In this document: positions 1-10,478 of the stretch, piece by piece
Numbering within the stretch: the first letter of the stretch is position 1
Layout: each line of letters opens with the position of its first letter
Source of the DNA: Syntrophorhabdaceae bacterium
GTDB taxonomy: Bacteria > Desulfobacterota > Syntrophorhabdia > Syntrophorhabdales > Syntrophorhabdaceae
Reading direction: 5' to 3'
Assembly: GCA_035369805.1 (NCBI GenBank)
Contig: DAOOVB010000007.1
Span: forward strand, 7,424 to 71,423
Length of the DNA stretch: 64,000 bases
Program-made: the position numbers and the translations under genes
Notes under the pieces: model-generated
Seen by the model: only the letters and a program-made list of their open reading frames with translations
Told to the model about the DNA's origin: nothing
Database searches by the model: none

Positions 1-565
1 TATCCACAATACCCACAGTAGGTATCCCGAGTTTCTTTGCCTCCTTGACGGCAATATACTCCTTCTTGGGGTCAACTACATACAACAAACCAGGGAGACG
101 ATCTATCCCCTTTATGCCCCCGATATTTCTCTCGAGCTTTTCTATCTGCCTATCAATACTTAGAGCCTCTTTCTTTGAAAGCATCTTGTAGATATCGCTC
201 TTTTTCAATTCCTCATACTTTTTAAGTCTATCAAGGCTCTTTTCAATGGTCTGAAAGTTTGTCATGGTTCCACCAAGCCATCTCTCATTGACATAAAAGG
301 CTCCACACCTTATAGCCTCTTCCTTTATTGCCTCCTGTGCCTGTTTTTTTGTCCCTACAAAAAGTATATACTCGTTGCGGGATGCCACATCTTTGACAAA
401 ATTATATGCCTCTTTAAACATCTTAAGGGTCTTCTGTAAATCAATGATGTAAATACCATTTCTTGCCCCGAAAATATAGGGTTTCATCTTGGGATTCCAT
501 CTTTTAGTCTGATGCCCAAAATGAACGCCTGCTTCGAGGAGTTGTTTGATTGTTAGATTAGACAT
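1..565 (-). CDS. rpsB: 30S ribosomal protein S2 (N-terminal part; gene runs off the left window edge)
   Basis: Reverse-strand translation from the ATG (rc of 563-565) reads [46 protein letters not shown]..., the conserved S2 N-terminus. AGGAGG lies 4 nt upstream. Absent from the ORF track because the window edge truncates it. Confidence 0.93.
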   Translation of the reverse strand, partial: MSNLTIKQLLEAGVHFGHQTKRWNPKMKPYIFGARNGIYIIDLQKTLKMFKEAYNFVKDVASRNEYILFVGTKKQAQEAIKEEAIRCGAFYVNERWLGGTMTNFQTIEKSLDRLKKYEELKKSDIYKMLSKKEALSIDRQIEKLERNIGGIKGIDRLPGLLYVVDPKKEYIAVKEAKKLGIPTVGIVD

Positions 566-880
566 AGGGCCTCCTGGTTTTTTCTTCCGCCTTTCGCACC
601 TTAAAACAACAAACAGCCTTGCTGCACCTTGTTGCTAATTGAAAGGCGTGTTTTATAAATGACTGTATTAAATATCACATGATATTAAATATTTCAATAA
701 AATTATGTATTTCAATGCCCATGAAAGACTTGATATGGCTATTAAGGCTCATTATAACAATTCATAAATTCAGATAATTCAATAAATTAGCCTAATATTC
801 TTTTCAAGGCTGCTTATGATTGAGGGATTTGCATTTAAGTTTGACTTTTTCGCTTCTTCTATGTTATCAAATTTCATCTC

Positions 881-2101
881 ATGGATGTAAAATCAACAAA
901 ACCTTTTAGGGCTCTTATATATAACAAAGACAAGATAAAAGACATAAGCACCTGTGTTTGCCCACCCTATGATGTCATAACAGACAGAGATATATATACA
1001 AAAAAGAACCCATATAATGCCATTAACCTTGAACTCCCAGTATCAGAACCTCCTCTTGATGAATACACAGCAGCAAAAAATATCCTCGACGGGTGGCTAA
1101 AAGATAAGATCCTTATCCAGGATAATAAAGAGACTGTGTATGTCTATGAACAGGATTTTGAATTTAATGGCTCATCCTTTATGAGAAGGGGTTTTGTGAG
1201 CTTGAACAGACTTGACAGGCACAGGATACTTATCCATGAAGCAACGAGGGCTAAGGCAAAAAAAGACAGAGAGAGATTGATTTCCACCCTCAAAACCTAT
1301 ACAAGTTTTGTATTCGGTTTATATGAAGACAGAGAAAATAACATCGAAGACCTTCTTGCCAATTCACAGAGGGAACTCATCTATGATTTCGATGATGAGA
1401 ACTCCATAAAAAATAGATTCTACAGGATAAAGGGTAAGGACTATATAGAAAACCTCTGTAAACTCATGGAGGATAAAAAGATCTATATTGCTGATGGACA
1501 CCACAGGCTCGATGTATCATATAGACTTAACCTTGATTATATACCCATATACTTAACAAATATGTATGCCCAAGGGATTGTCATTTGGCCATACCATAGA
1601 ATTATCAAATTCAAAAAAAACAGACGTTTTGCATACATCCTGGATATCCTGAATAATTTTATGGAAATTGATAAGATAGCCATGACCGACTCTACATCCA
1701 TAACCAAAGCCATAGATATTATTGCGTCAGAAAAAAAGCCTGCATATGCCTTATATTCAAAAGATGATACAGAAAACATTTACATAATTAAGGAAAAAAG
1801 GCCTGTTGTATTTAAGGAAGATATTCATGATGTCTTAAAGAGGCTCAAGGTTAATATACTCCACTCAGGAATATTAAACAACATCCTTGATATAGAAGAG
1901 GAAGAGATATCATTCACCCAGGACCCCTTAGGTTTTATTGAATCAATAAAGAATGGCAGTATTGATCTCATAGCGCTTTTGCCGGCAACAACAGTGGAAG
2001 AAGTAAAGGATATAGCAGATAACTCCTTGTATATGCCCCCTAAATCCACCTTTTTCTTTCCCAAAATTTTGACAGGCCCTATCTTTTATAAATTTGGATA
2101 A
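881..2101 (+). CDS. DUF1015 domain-containing protein
   Basis: 406-aa ORF with an N-terminal KPFRAL segment and the ADGHHR motif characteristic of DUF1015. Length is typical of the family. Confidence 0.8.
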   Translation: MDVKSTKPFRALIYNKDKIKDISTCVCPPYDVITDRDIYTKKNPYNAINLELPVSEPPLDEYTAAKNILDGWLKDKILIQDNKETVYVYEQDFEFNGSSFMRRGFVSLNRLDRHRILIHEATRAKAKKDRERLISTLKTYTSFVFGLYEDRENNIEDLLANSQRELIYDFDDENSIKNRFYRIKGKDYIENLCKLMEDKKIYIADGHHRLDVSYRLNLDYIPIYLTNMYAQGIVIWPYHRIIKFKKNRRFAYILDILNNFMEIDKIAMTDSTSITKAIDIIASEKKPAYALYSKDDTENIYIIKEKRPVVFKEDIHDVLKRLKVNILHSGILNNILDIEEEEISFTQDPLGFIESIKNGSIDLIALLPATTVEEVKDIADNSLYMPPKSTFFFPKILTGPIFYKFG

Positions 2102-2846
2102 GAATAATCGGTTCTATTCCATGGAAATAATAAACCCAGATGAGACCCTTGATATATTATGTAACGATAGATTAAAAATAATACAGAAAAAGGAGGGTTA
2201 CAGGTTTTCTATTGATGCCATAATACTGGCAAACTTTGTAACCCTGAAAAAACAGGATAGGGTTTTGGATATTGGGACAGGTTGCGGCATAATACCCATA
2301 TACATGACGATTATGGGGAAGACAAACAAAATAACAGGAATAGAGATACAGGGGGAACTATTTGAGCTTGCTGAAAAAAATAGAGAGTTCAACAGATGCT
2401 ATAATGTGGATTTTATAAAAGGTGATGTGACAAGGATAATAGATAGGCTAAAAGATATGCGTTTTCAAGTCATAATCTCAAACCCCCCATATACTAAAGA
2501 GAAATCAGGAAGGAAATCCCCTGGGAAATCAAGGCTTCTGGCAAGATATGAGTCTACGCTTTCTCTTGAATCTCTCATTGAGACTGCATCAATCATTTTA
2601 GGTAATAAAGGTAGGCTATATCTCATTTACCCGGTGAGAAGGCTCGGAGAGCTTATATATACTGCAAAAACAAAGAGGTTAGAACCCAAGAGGATCCGTT
2701 TTGTTCATCCTCGATATGATGAAAAGGCAAATCTCTTTCTCATAGAATTGATAAAAAACAGCGGTATCCAGATGACCGTAGAAAAACCTCTTTACATCTA
2801 CGAAGATATTTATTATACCCATGAGATAGCAAGTTATTATCAATAG
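2094..2846 (+). CDS. SAM-dependent N6-adenine methyltransferase, tRNA1(Val) m6A37 (TrmN6/YfiC)-like
   Basis: GYRFSIDAIILANF, SAM-binding LDIGTGCGII and catalytic NPPY (ISNPPYTK) motifs. The track start is a TTG at 2094; an ATG at 2121 (MEIINPDE) is an alternative start. Confidence 0.75.
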   Translation: MDKNNRFYSMEIINPDETLDILCNDRLKIIQKKEGYRFSIDAIILANFVTLKKQDRVLDIGTGCGIIPIYMTIMGKTNKITGIEIQGELFELAEKNREFNRCYNVDFIKGDVTRIIDRLKDMRFQVIISNPPYTKEKSGRKSPGKSRLLARYESTLSLESLIETASIILGNKGRLYLIYPVRRLGELIYTAKTKRLEPKRIRFVHPRYDEKANLFLIELIKNSGIQMTVEKPLYIYEDIYYTHEIASYYQ

Positions 2847-2856
2847 AGAGTGTGAA

Positions 2857-3825
2857 ATGGAGAAGATACTTAAGCTTATAGAAAAAGACCTTAAGAAACT
2901 TGAGCATGCCATAGACAGCCTTGATTCCACAGATGTAAAGATCATCAAAAAGATGGTCAATCACATTATAAAATCAGGGGGCAAGAGGGTCAGGCCAATA
3001 CTTGTAATACTCACATCAAAGCTATGTGGTTTTAAAGGACAGAAACATATTAAATATGCGGCAGTTATAGAGTTTATCCATACAGCAACCCTCCTCCATG
3101 ATGATGTTGTTGATAATGCAGAGGTGAGAAGAGGATCATCTACTGTAAATACATTATGGGGAAATGAGGCAAGTGTCCTTGTAGGTGACTTTTTATATTC
3201 TAAATCATTTGAACTCATGTCAAAAGATGGTAACAGCAAAATTATTGAAGCTGTATCAAGGGCAACTACCATCCTTTCAGAGGGAGAGATATTAGAACTA
3301 CTGAAGACCTCTGATCCTGATACAACAGAAGATGAATATTTTGAAATAGTCAATAAAAAAACAGCCATATTGTTTTCTGTTGCCTGCGAGATAGGTGCCA
3401 TATTGGCAAAGGCAGATAACAGGAAAAAACAACTTCTAAAAGAATACGGAAAAAACCTTGGTATTGCATTCCAGCTTGTAGATGACCTCCTTGACTATAC
3501 CTCCCACGATAATAAATTCGGTAAACAGATAGGCACAGACCTGAAAGAAGGCAAGGTCACCCTACCCTTAATCCATACACTTAGGTCTGCCCAAGAATCA
3601 GAAAAAGAACTGATTAAAGAAAAATTGGCCGAGAGGGCAGCATCCACTTCAGATTTTGAAAAGATAAAAGGGATTATAGAAAAATGCGGTGGTTTTGAAT
3701 ACACCTATAACACAACAAAACGATATATAGATGATGCAAGGAGATGCCTTGATAGTTTCCCGCCATCAAGGTATAAAGATGCCCTTCTTTCGCTTACAGA
3801 TATGATGCTTACAAGAAAGGTATAG
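2857..3825 (+). CDS. polyprenyl diphosphate synthase (octaprenyl/heptaprenyl type)
   Basis: Two aspartate-rich motifs, LLHDDVVD and LVDDLLD. The 322-aa length is typical of long-chain trans-prenyltransferases (IspB-like). Confidence 0.88.
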   Translation: MEKILKLIEKDLKKLEHAIDSLDSTDVKIIKKMVNHIIKSGGKRVRPILVILTSKLCGFKGQKHIKYAAVIEFIHTATLLHDDVVDNAEVRRGSSTVNTLWGNEASVLVGDFLYSKSFELMSKDGNSKIIEAVSRATTILSEGEILELLKTSDPDTTEDEYFEIVNKKTAILFSVACEIGAILAKADNRKKQLLKEYGKNLGIAFQLVDDLLDYTSHDNKFGKQIGTDLKEGKVTLPLIHTLRSAQESEKELIKEKLAERAASTSDFEKIKGIIEKCGGFEYTYNTTKRYIDDARRCLDSFPPSRYKDALLSLTDMMLTRKV

Positions 3826-3844
3826 TAGCAGGCAATATAATATG

Positions 3845-5422
3845 TTAAGGCTTTTGCAAATTTTTGTTATAGAATTTTTTCAATATAAAAAATATGCCCA
3901 CTAATATTACAAATCCCCCTGTTATGGAATAAATAAACCAGTCGCCATATTTAACATAAAAAGTCCTGCCGTGGGATAATAAAAACTCACCTTTCAATAC
4001 AGCGTCGTCAAATATACCGGTCTTCTCCTTTATCCTACCCCTTGTATCTATTATGGCACTTATCCCTGTATTTGCAGCTCTTATGACATAACGCTCTGTT
4101 TCAATGGCCCTGAACACATAAAAAGAAAGATGCTGGTATGGGGCAGATGTCCTGTCATACCATGCATCATTGGTTAAATTTACAAGAACCTGAGCACCCT
4201 TCCTCACAGTATTCACGGATATCTCTGGAAAAATGCCTTCATAACAAATAAGTACACCAATAGCTCCAAGGGATGAAGTAACTGGCATGTGGGATTTACC
4301 CGGTGAGAACCCACCGCCTACAGCAGTAATCTTTGAGAGAAAAGGGAGATATTCCACAAGAGGGGTATATTCACCAAATGGAACAAGGTGCACCTTATTA
4401 TATAAACCTGATGTTGTGCCATTCTTGTGAAACAGGTAAGCAGAGTTATATAAGCGATCATTGTCTTCCATGTGGACTGTTCCAAACAAGAGATCTGCAT
4501 CTATGGACACTGCCAGTGACCTTAGGATTCCATCTACCTGTTTTGCCGAATTGATTACAAGGGGTATGGCGGTCTCAGGCCAGATAACAAGATTAGACCC
4601 TTTTCCATGATCAAGGGTCATCTGATAGTATTTAGTAATCATCTTTGCCTTATATTGTTCATCCCATTTTATATCCTGAGATATATTACCCTGTATAACA
4701 GCTACAGTAGCTATTTCTCCAGATAAACTATCGTTTTTAAGCCTTATAAATCCATATACAATGGATGATATGAGTAGAATCGCCACGATGAGGGTAAATA
4801 GAACAGGTATGCTTTTTTTTGTCCATAAACGATAAAAGATGCAGTTAACTGCCACAATCATAAAGGATATGAAATAAACGCCTGTGATAGATACTACCTG
4901 TATAAACGGTAAAAAATTATGCTGTGAATAGGCAAGGAAAGCCCATGGAAAACCGGTCATTAGAAAGCCTCTTATATATTCAAGTATGACCCAGATAAAA
5001 GGAGATGACAAATATATGGGGATAGAAAATCTGTGATCGAAAAATGTTATGGCATAACAAAAAATTCCAATATAAAAAGACATATAAAGAACAAGGAGTA
5101 ACATGATTAGGATGCTCGATATAAAATCAAGGCCTCCGTATCTATTCATGGCTACTACAACCCAGTATACAGTTCCTAAATACCCCACAAAACCAGCAAG
5201 TAATCCGGCGAGAAAATTCTGGTATAACCTATCTTTTTTCAAAGATACCAAAAGTGGCGCAAGGGCAACAAATGCCATTGGAGAAATCGATATGGGTGGC
5301 TGTATCAATACAATTAAAACGCCTGAGATAATAGGTAGGATTATTTTAAATTCAGGGATAATGATCTTAAAGCTTTCAAGATATAACTTTTTATATTCTT
5401 TAGCCACTTTCTTAATGGCCAT
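3845..5422 (-). CDS. lnt: apolipoprotein N-acyltransferase
   Basis: 525 aa with a multi-TM N-terminal half and a C-terminal CN-hydrolase domain (VIWPETA, ICYEGIFPE). Last gene of the phoH-pgpH-ybeY-lnt string. Confidence 0.88.
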   Translation of the reverse strand: MAIKKVAKEYKKLYLESFKIIIPEFKIILPIISGVLIVLIQPPISISPMAFVALAPLLVSLKKDRLYQNFLAGLLAGFVGYLGTVYWVVVAMNRYGGLDFISSILIMLLLVLYMSFYIGIFCYAITFFDHRFSIPIYLSSPFIWVILEYIRGFLMTGFPWAFLAYSQHNFLPFIQVVSITGVYFISFMIVAVNCIFYRLWTKKSIPVLFTLIVAILLISSIVYGFIRLKNDSLSGEIATVAVIQGNISQDIKWDEQYKAKMITKYYQMTLDHGKGSNLVIWPETAIPLVINSAKQVDGILRSLAVSIDADLLFGTVHMEDNDRLYNSAYLFHKNGTTSGLYNKVHLVPFGEYTPLVEYLPFLSKITAVGGGFSPGKSHMPVTSSLGAIGVLICYEGIFPEISVNTVRKGAQVLVNLTNDAWYDRTSAPYQHLSFYVFRAIETERYVIRAANTGISAIIDTRGRIKEKTGIFDDAVLKGEFLLSHGRTFYVKYGDWFIYSITGGFVILVGIFFILKKFYNKNLQKP

Positions 5423-5903
5423 TCTTAAGGCTTCCCTTTAGTATTAGACTCCCATATCTTTCATGTTCGGTGATATATTTAAGGAGTTTTTTCTCATGGT
5501 ATCTCATCCTTCTTGCCTCATTGCCTCCTTTTTCATGATGAAAACCCTTAATGTGAAGTAGCCCATGGATTATAAGCGCCATAAGCCTCTCATAAAATTC
5601 ACATCCTGCCTTTTCTGCCTCTTCATAAGTTTTTTCAAGGGATATAATAATATCTCCTATCACCTCTTCATCCATGGAAGTTTTAGCAAACCCATCATCC
5701 ATATATGAAAAGGATATAACATTTGTAGCGTAATCCTTTTCAAAAAACTTTCTGTTTAAATCCTTTATTTTTTTGTTATCGGTAAAAAGGATACTTAAAT
5801 GTTTACCCTGTAGCCCTAAATATATCAACAACTCCTCGATCAGACTTTTTATCTGTCTTTTGTCTGTCTTCAGAATTCTTTGATTGTCTCTTATCAATAC
5901 CAT
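5412..5903 (-). CDS. ybeY: rRNA maturation RNase YbeY
   Basis: HGLLHIKGFHHE zinc-binding motif. The start is set at MVLIRDNQ (5903) because the 27-aa track extension to 5984 lies inside the upstream HD gene and has no family-like sequence. Confidence 0.88.
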   Translation of the reverse strand: MVLIRDNQRILKTDKRQIKSLIEELLIYLGLQGKHLSILFTDNKKIKDLNRKFFEKDYATNVISFSYMDDGFAKTSMDEEVIGDIIISLEKTYEEAEKAGCEFYERLMALIIHGLLHIKGFHHEKGGNEARRMRYHEKKLLKYITEHERYGSLILKGSLKNGH

Positions 5904-7509
5904 TATGGTCTGTCCTTTCGGGATACTCAATCCTTTGATGAAAGATCCCCAATAAAATAGTAATAAAGCTCTTCTGGATAACATGGAGGTCTTTCAGAGT
6001 TAATTCGCATTCATCCAGCTGACCATCAAGGAAAATCCTCTCTACGACGTCCTGAACATGCTTTTCTATCCTCTTAGGCGTAGGTTCGCTAAGTATCCTG
6101 GAAGATGCCTCCACAACATCAGCAAGCATTACAATGCCTGCCTCTTTTGTCTGTGGTTTTGGACCCCCATACCTAAAATCCTTTTCATCTATTATGTACA
6201 GTTCGGGGTCTTCCTTCTCTTTTGCCCTATTGAAAAAATAACTCACCAGTGAAGTCCCGTGGTGTTCCTTGATTATATCCTTAATCTTCTTGCCCAATTT
6301 ATATTTATCTGCAAGCTCAACACCTTCTTTCACATGGGAAAGTATAATAAGAGAACTCATGCTGGGTGTGAGGTTTTTGTGGGCATCCTCAAAGCCCTTT
6401 CTGTTTTCTATAAAATAGTGCGGCATCTTGAGTTTACCTATGTCATGATAGTAAGAGGCAACCCTTGTCAGGAGAGGATGTGCACCTATACCCTCTGCTG
6501 CTGCCTTGGAAAGATTGCCTACAATTATGCTATGATGATATGTCCCTGGTGCATTCACCATCATGTCCCTGAGAAGCGGGTTATCAAGATTGGCAAGTTC
6601 AAGTAGTTTTATATCTGTTGTATAATCAAATAGATGCTCAATAACAGGTAATAATCCCAGCGCAATAAAACTACTTGCTATACCATTGATAAGAATGAAT
6701 AAAACCTTTATTGGAATGTCTGTTAAAGGCTTGCCTATCATTATATCGTAAACTATAACCATGAAACTAATAATAAAGGCTGTAAAAATACCTGCTTTGA
6801 TTATCGTATTCCTGTCCTCACATTTTCCTGAGAAATAAGATGCAAGTATATTCCCTATAAAAACGAATAAAAAGACTGACATACTCATTTCGAACATTAT
6901 GCCAGCAATAATAGCAATTAAAAGGGAAAATAAGATTGCTGCCTCAGAAAAAAGCACGATCCTCATCACTATGCCAAAAACAAAAACAGGAACGAGATAC
7001 ATAAAATTAAGCGTGCCTCCCTGGCCTATATGACTAAATATTAAAAACATCACCTTCATCATAATTGCTGTAAATAAAATAAAGGATGAACAAAATATTA
7101 TATCTTTCTCGGTGAGTCTAAACTTTTTAATATTTTTCTCAGAAAACTCGTATAAAATGAAGATTATGGAAAAGATAAAAAGAAATAAGGAGACAAATCT
7201 CTTAATATCAAGGGTATCGTTTGAACCCTTTTCCTTTATTGCTGCCAGTTTGGCAATGTGTTCGCTACTTACCCTCTCCCCTTCCCTTATTACAATCTCT
7301 CCTTTTTTTATGGTTATACCGAGGGAAGAAACAGGGGTATCATAAGGAGATTTTATATTGCTACTTGCTATATCACCAGGTTGATAAACGGGCACTGCGT
7401 TCTGCAACCTGTAAATCACCACTATTGAGAGTAGCAGTGCAAGAATAAAAAAAATGAATAATATCCGTATATTATAGTACGATGGAGGTTTATCGTTTCC
7501 GTTCAGCAT
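5803..7509 (-). CDS. 7TM-HD (HDIG) membrane phosphohydrolase, PgpH/YqfF-like
   Basis: N-terminal extracytoplasmic segment, about seven TM helices, and a C-terminal HD domain (YHHSIIVGNL, YHDIGK, EHHGTS). Sits in the conserved position between phoH and ybeY. Confidence 0.85.
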   Translation of the reverse strand: MLNGNDKPPSYYNIRILFIFFILALLLSIVVIYRLQNAVPVYQPGDIASSNIKSPYDTPVSSLGITIKKGEIVIREGERVSSEHIAKLAAIKEKGSNDTLDIKRFVSLFLFIFSIIFILYEFSEKNIKKFRLTEKDIIFCSSFILFTAIMMKVMFLIFSHIGQGGTLNFMYLVPVFVFGIVMRIVLFSEAAILFSLLIAIIAGIMFEMSMSVFLFVFIGNILASYFSGKCEDRNTIIKAGIFTAFIISFMVIVYDIMIGKPLTDIPIKVLFILINGIASSFIALGLLPVIEHLFDYTTDIKLLELANLDNPLLRDMMVNAPGTYHHSIIVGNLSKAAAEGIGAHPLLTRVASYYHDIGKLKMPHYFIENRKGFEDAHKNLTPSMSSLIILSHVKEGVELADKYKLGKKIKDIIKEHHGTSLVSYFFNRAKEKEDPELYIIDEKDFRYGGPKPQTKEAGIVMLADVVEASSRILSEPTPKRIEKHVQDVVERIFLDGQLDECELTLKDLHVIQKSFITILLGIFHQRIEYPERTDHNGIDKRQSKNSEDRQKTDKKSDRGVVDIFRATG

Positions 7510-8494
7510 GGTTGTCTATTTCCTCTGTTTGGGTCTTTTTTATTTCATATGCCCTGATTATCTTCTGGACAAGTGGATGTCTTACTACATCCTTCTTTGT
7601 AAAGTAAACAAATCTAATACCCTTTATGCCTTTTAATATACCTTGAATCTCCACAAGCCCGCTCGTTTTTTTATCTGCCAGGTCTATCTGTGTAATATCC
7701 CCTGTAATTATAGTCTTTGAGGAAAAACCAAGCCTGGTTAAAAACATCTTCATCTGTTCAGAACCTGTATTCTGTGCCTCATCGAGTATTATAAAGGCAT
7801 CATTTAAGGTTCTACCCCTCATAAATGCAAGGGGTGCAATCTCTATGATACCCCTCTCTATAAGCCTTGTTGCCCTGTCCATATCCACCATGTCGTAGAG
7901 TGCATCGTATAAGGGCCTTAGGTATGGATTTACCTTTTCATACATGGTCCCTGGTAGATATCCGAGTTTTTCCCCTGCTTCTATGGCAGGCCTTGTAAGA
8001 ATAATCCTTGACACCTCTTTTCTGTAATATGAAGAAAGTGCCATAGCCATGGCAAGATATGTCTTTCCTGTCCCTGCAGGACCTATACCTATTACCATAT
8101 CATATTTTTTGATAGCCTCTATATAATCCTTCTGATTTTTTGACTTTGGTTTTATTGTCTTTTTTGATGGAAAGATATAGATTTGATCTTTTTGAATGTC
8201 CTCAGGGGTAATGTGGCTGTGGGCAACATGTCTTACTGCACTATCTATATCTGATGAATTAACGACAAAACCTTTTTTTATTATTGTCCTTAATTCATCT
8301 ATAACCTTGCTTGTATTCTCTATCTCACTCTTTGTTCCCACTATGGTGAGATGGTTTCCCCGGACGCTTGTCCGCACATTAAAATATTTTCTTAAATATT
8401 TAATATTTTCGTCACGGGGCCCGAAGAGATTACGGGCTGTATTTATATCATCAAAGGCAAGTTTTAGGAATTCCTCTTCAACCTTTTCACTCAA
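7490..8494 (-). CDS. phoH: PhoH family ATPase
   Basis: Walker A GPAGTGKTYLA, Walker B FIILDEAQN and GDITQIDL motifs. TTG start at 8494 with AGGAGG about 14 nt upstream. Confidence 0.9.
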   Translation of the reverse strand: MSEKVEEEFLKLAFDDINTARNLFGPRDENIKYLRKYFNVRTSVRGNHLTIVGTKSEIENTSKVIDELRTIIKKGFVVNSSDIDSAVRHVAHSHITPEDIQKDQIYIFPSKKTIKPKSKNQKDYIEAIKKYDMVIGIGPAGTGKTYLAMAMALSSYYRKEVSRIILTRPAIEAGEKLGYLPGTMYEKVNPYLRPLYDALYDMVDMDRATRLIERGIIEIAPLAFMRGRTLNDAFIILDEAQNTGSEQMKMFLTRLGFSSKTIITGDITQIDLADKKTSGLVEIQGILKGIKGIRFVYFTKKDVVRHPLVQKIIRAYEIKKTQTEEIDNHAERKR

Positions 8495-8574
8495 CTAATT
8501 TAATCATTCCTCCTTATTCAAGTTTAGTATAGCATAAAAAATTAATTTAAAAAAGAATTGCAAAGACCCTCCAT

Positions 8575-10395
8575 TTATTCTACCGTAACGCTCTTGGCGA
8601 GATTACGGGGCTGATCCACATCTGTACCCAGTAGATTCGCTATATAGTAAGCCAGTAGCTGTAGAGGTATGGCCGATAAAAGGGGCTGAAGTTCATATAT
8701 AGTTGTGGGCATAATAAAGACACTATCGGTTCTATTTGCCATATCATGTTCTGGCATATCGGTAAACAACAGTAATTTCCCCCTTCTTGCAAGCACCTCT
8801 TCTATATTACTGCATGTCTTTTGATAGGTCCTGTCATGGGGGGAAAGGGCAACAACAGGAAAGCTCTCATCTATTAATGCAATAGGCCCATGTTTCATCT
8901 CCCCTGCCGCATATGCCTCAGCATGGATGTATGATATCTCTTTCAATTTCAAAGCACCTTCCATTATGGATGGATAGTTTATACCCCTGCCTATATATAG
9001 AAAATTTTTATATGTCATGAATCTCCTGGCCATCTCTTCTATGAGCGATGCCTGGTCAAGGATAGATTGCATCTTATGTGGTATTCTTTTTAATTCATAT
9101 ATCAAACCCCGGACCGTATCTTTATCCATAACACCGAGAAGTCTCCCCATATGAACCATAAGCATAAAAAGAACAGAAATCTGGGTTGTAAATGCCTTGG
9201 TAGATGCAACCCCTATTTCTGGACCTGCATGGGTAAAGATTACACCATCTGACTCCCTGGCCAAGGTGCTACCCAAGACATTGCATATGGAAAGGGTGTA
9301 TATACCGTGATTTTTACCCTCTTTCATGGCTGCTATGGTATCTGCAGTCTCACCTGATTGAGATATGAGGATGATCATATCTCTTTTATCAAATATAGGC
9401 TCTCTATATCTGAATTCAGATGCTATATCTGTCTCTACCGGTATCCTAAGAGTGGATTCAAAGATATATTTGCCTATAAGACATGCATGATAGGATGTTC
9501 CGCATGCTATCATCCAGATCTTCCTTATATCTTTAAGATCCGGTAACTTTAAGTCATCAAATTCTATCTGCGCCTTTTCTTCCTTCACCCTACCCATAAG
9601 GGTATCAGCTACTGCCCTGGGTTGCTCGAATATCTCTTTCAGCATAAAGTGTTTGTATCCACCTTTCTGTGCCATGGCTCCGGTCCAGTTTACAACTTGG
9701 GGATGTCGCTCCAACTTATTGCCTTTTATGTCTATAACATTAAAGCCCCCATCCTTAAAGACCACTATATCGTTATCCTCAAGAAAGATAAACCTATTTG
9801 TCAAATCAATAATTGCAGGGGCATCGCTGGCAAACACTGCTTCTCCGTCTATTACGCCAACTATTAAAGGACTTTCCTTTTTTGCAGCAATCAATGTCCT
9901 CTCATGTTGCCTCATTATACCCAGGGCATAAGAACCCTCGAGTTCCGTTATGGTTAGCCTCACTGCATCCACAAAATCCATACCTTCTTCTATATAACTG
10001 TTTATAAGATGGGGTATCACCTCTGTATCTGTATCAGAGGTAAACCTATGCCCCCTCTTTTTTAGTTTCTCTTTTATCTCCATATAGTTCTCTATGATAC
10101 CGTTGTGGACAACCACTACTTCACCTGCCTTGTGGGGATGTGCATTTCTTTCTGATGGGATGCCATGCGTAGCCCATCTTGTATGTGCCAGTCCCATTGT
10201 CCCCTTTAATTGTTTTCCTGAGGCAGCCACCCTTAGATCGTCCACCTTGCCTTTTCTCCTTAATATCTCAATAGCTCTATCATGCCACAGGGCTATTCCT
10301 GCAGAATCATATCCCCTATATTCAAGCCTTTTCAGGGCATCAATAAGTATATTGAAAGCCTCTTTTTTTCCCATATAACCCACGATACCGCACAT
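8575..10395 (-). CDS. glmS: glutamine--fructose-6-phosphate aminotransferase
   Basis: MCGIVGY N-terminus (catalytic Cys2), two SIS domains, and the C-terminal ...LAKSVTVE. The start is moved from 10413 to 10395 so that Cys follows the initiator Met, as this family requires. Confidence 0.95.
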   Translation of the reverse strand: MCGIVGYMGKKEAFNILIDALKRLEYRGYDSAGIALWHDRAIEILRRKGKVDDLRVAASGKQLKGTMGLAHTRWATHGIPSERNAHPHKAGEVVVVHNGIIENYMEIKEKLKKRGHRFTSDTDTEVIPHLINSYIEEGMDFVDAVRLTITELEGSYALGIMRQHERTLIAAKKESPLIVGVIDGEAVFASDAPAIIDLTNRFIFLEDNDIVVFKDGGFNVIDIKGNKLERHPQVVNWTGAMAQKGGYKHFMLKEIFEQPRAVADTLMGRVKEEKAQIEFDDLKLPDLKDIRKIWMIACGTSYHACLIGKYIFESTLRIPVETDIASEFRYREPIFDKRDMIILISQSGETADTIAAMKEGKNHGIYTLSICNVLGSTLARESDGVIFTHAGPEIGVASTKAFTTQISVLFMLMVHMGRLLGVMDKDTVRGLIYELKRIPHKMQSILDQASLIEEMARRFMTYKNFLYIGRGINYPSIMEGALKLKEISYIHAEAYAAGEMKHGPIALIDESFPVVALSPHDRTYQKTCSNIEEVLARRGKLLLFTDMPEHDMANRTDSVFIMPTTIYELQPLLSAIPLQLLAYYIANLLGTDVDQPRNLAKSVTVE

Positions 10396-10478
10396 AATTT
10401 GCGCCCCTTTCACGTATAAGTTTAGTTATATCATTATTTAGAGTGTTAAAAAATATATGTAAAAATATTTAGCAATTT

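Noticed and set aside
5904-5984. 27-aa N-terminal extension of ybeY in the ORF track
   Set aside because: It lies inside the upstream HD-domain gene in another frame. YbeY proteins normally begin at the MxxIxxxQ-type segment found at 5903.
10396-10413. Six-codon N-terminal extension of glmS (MKGAQI)
   Set aside because: GlmS requires Cys as the first residue after the initiator Met. MCGIVGY at 10395 is the conserved start.
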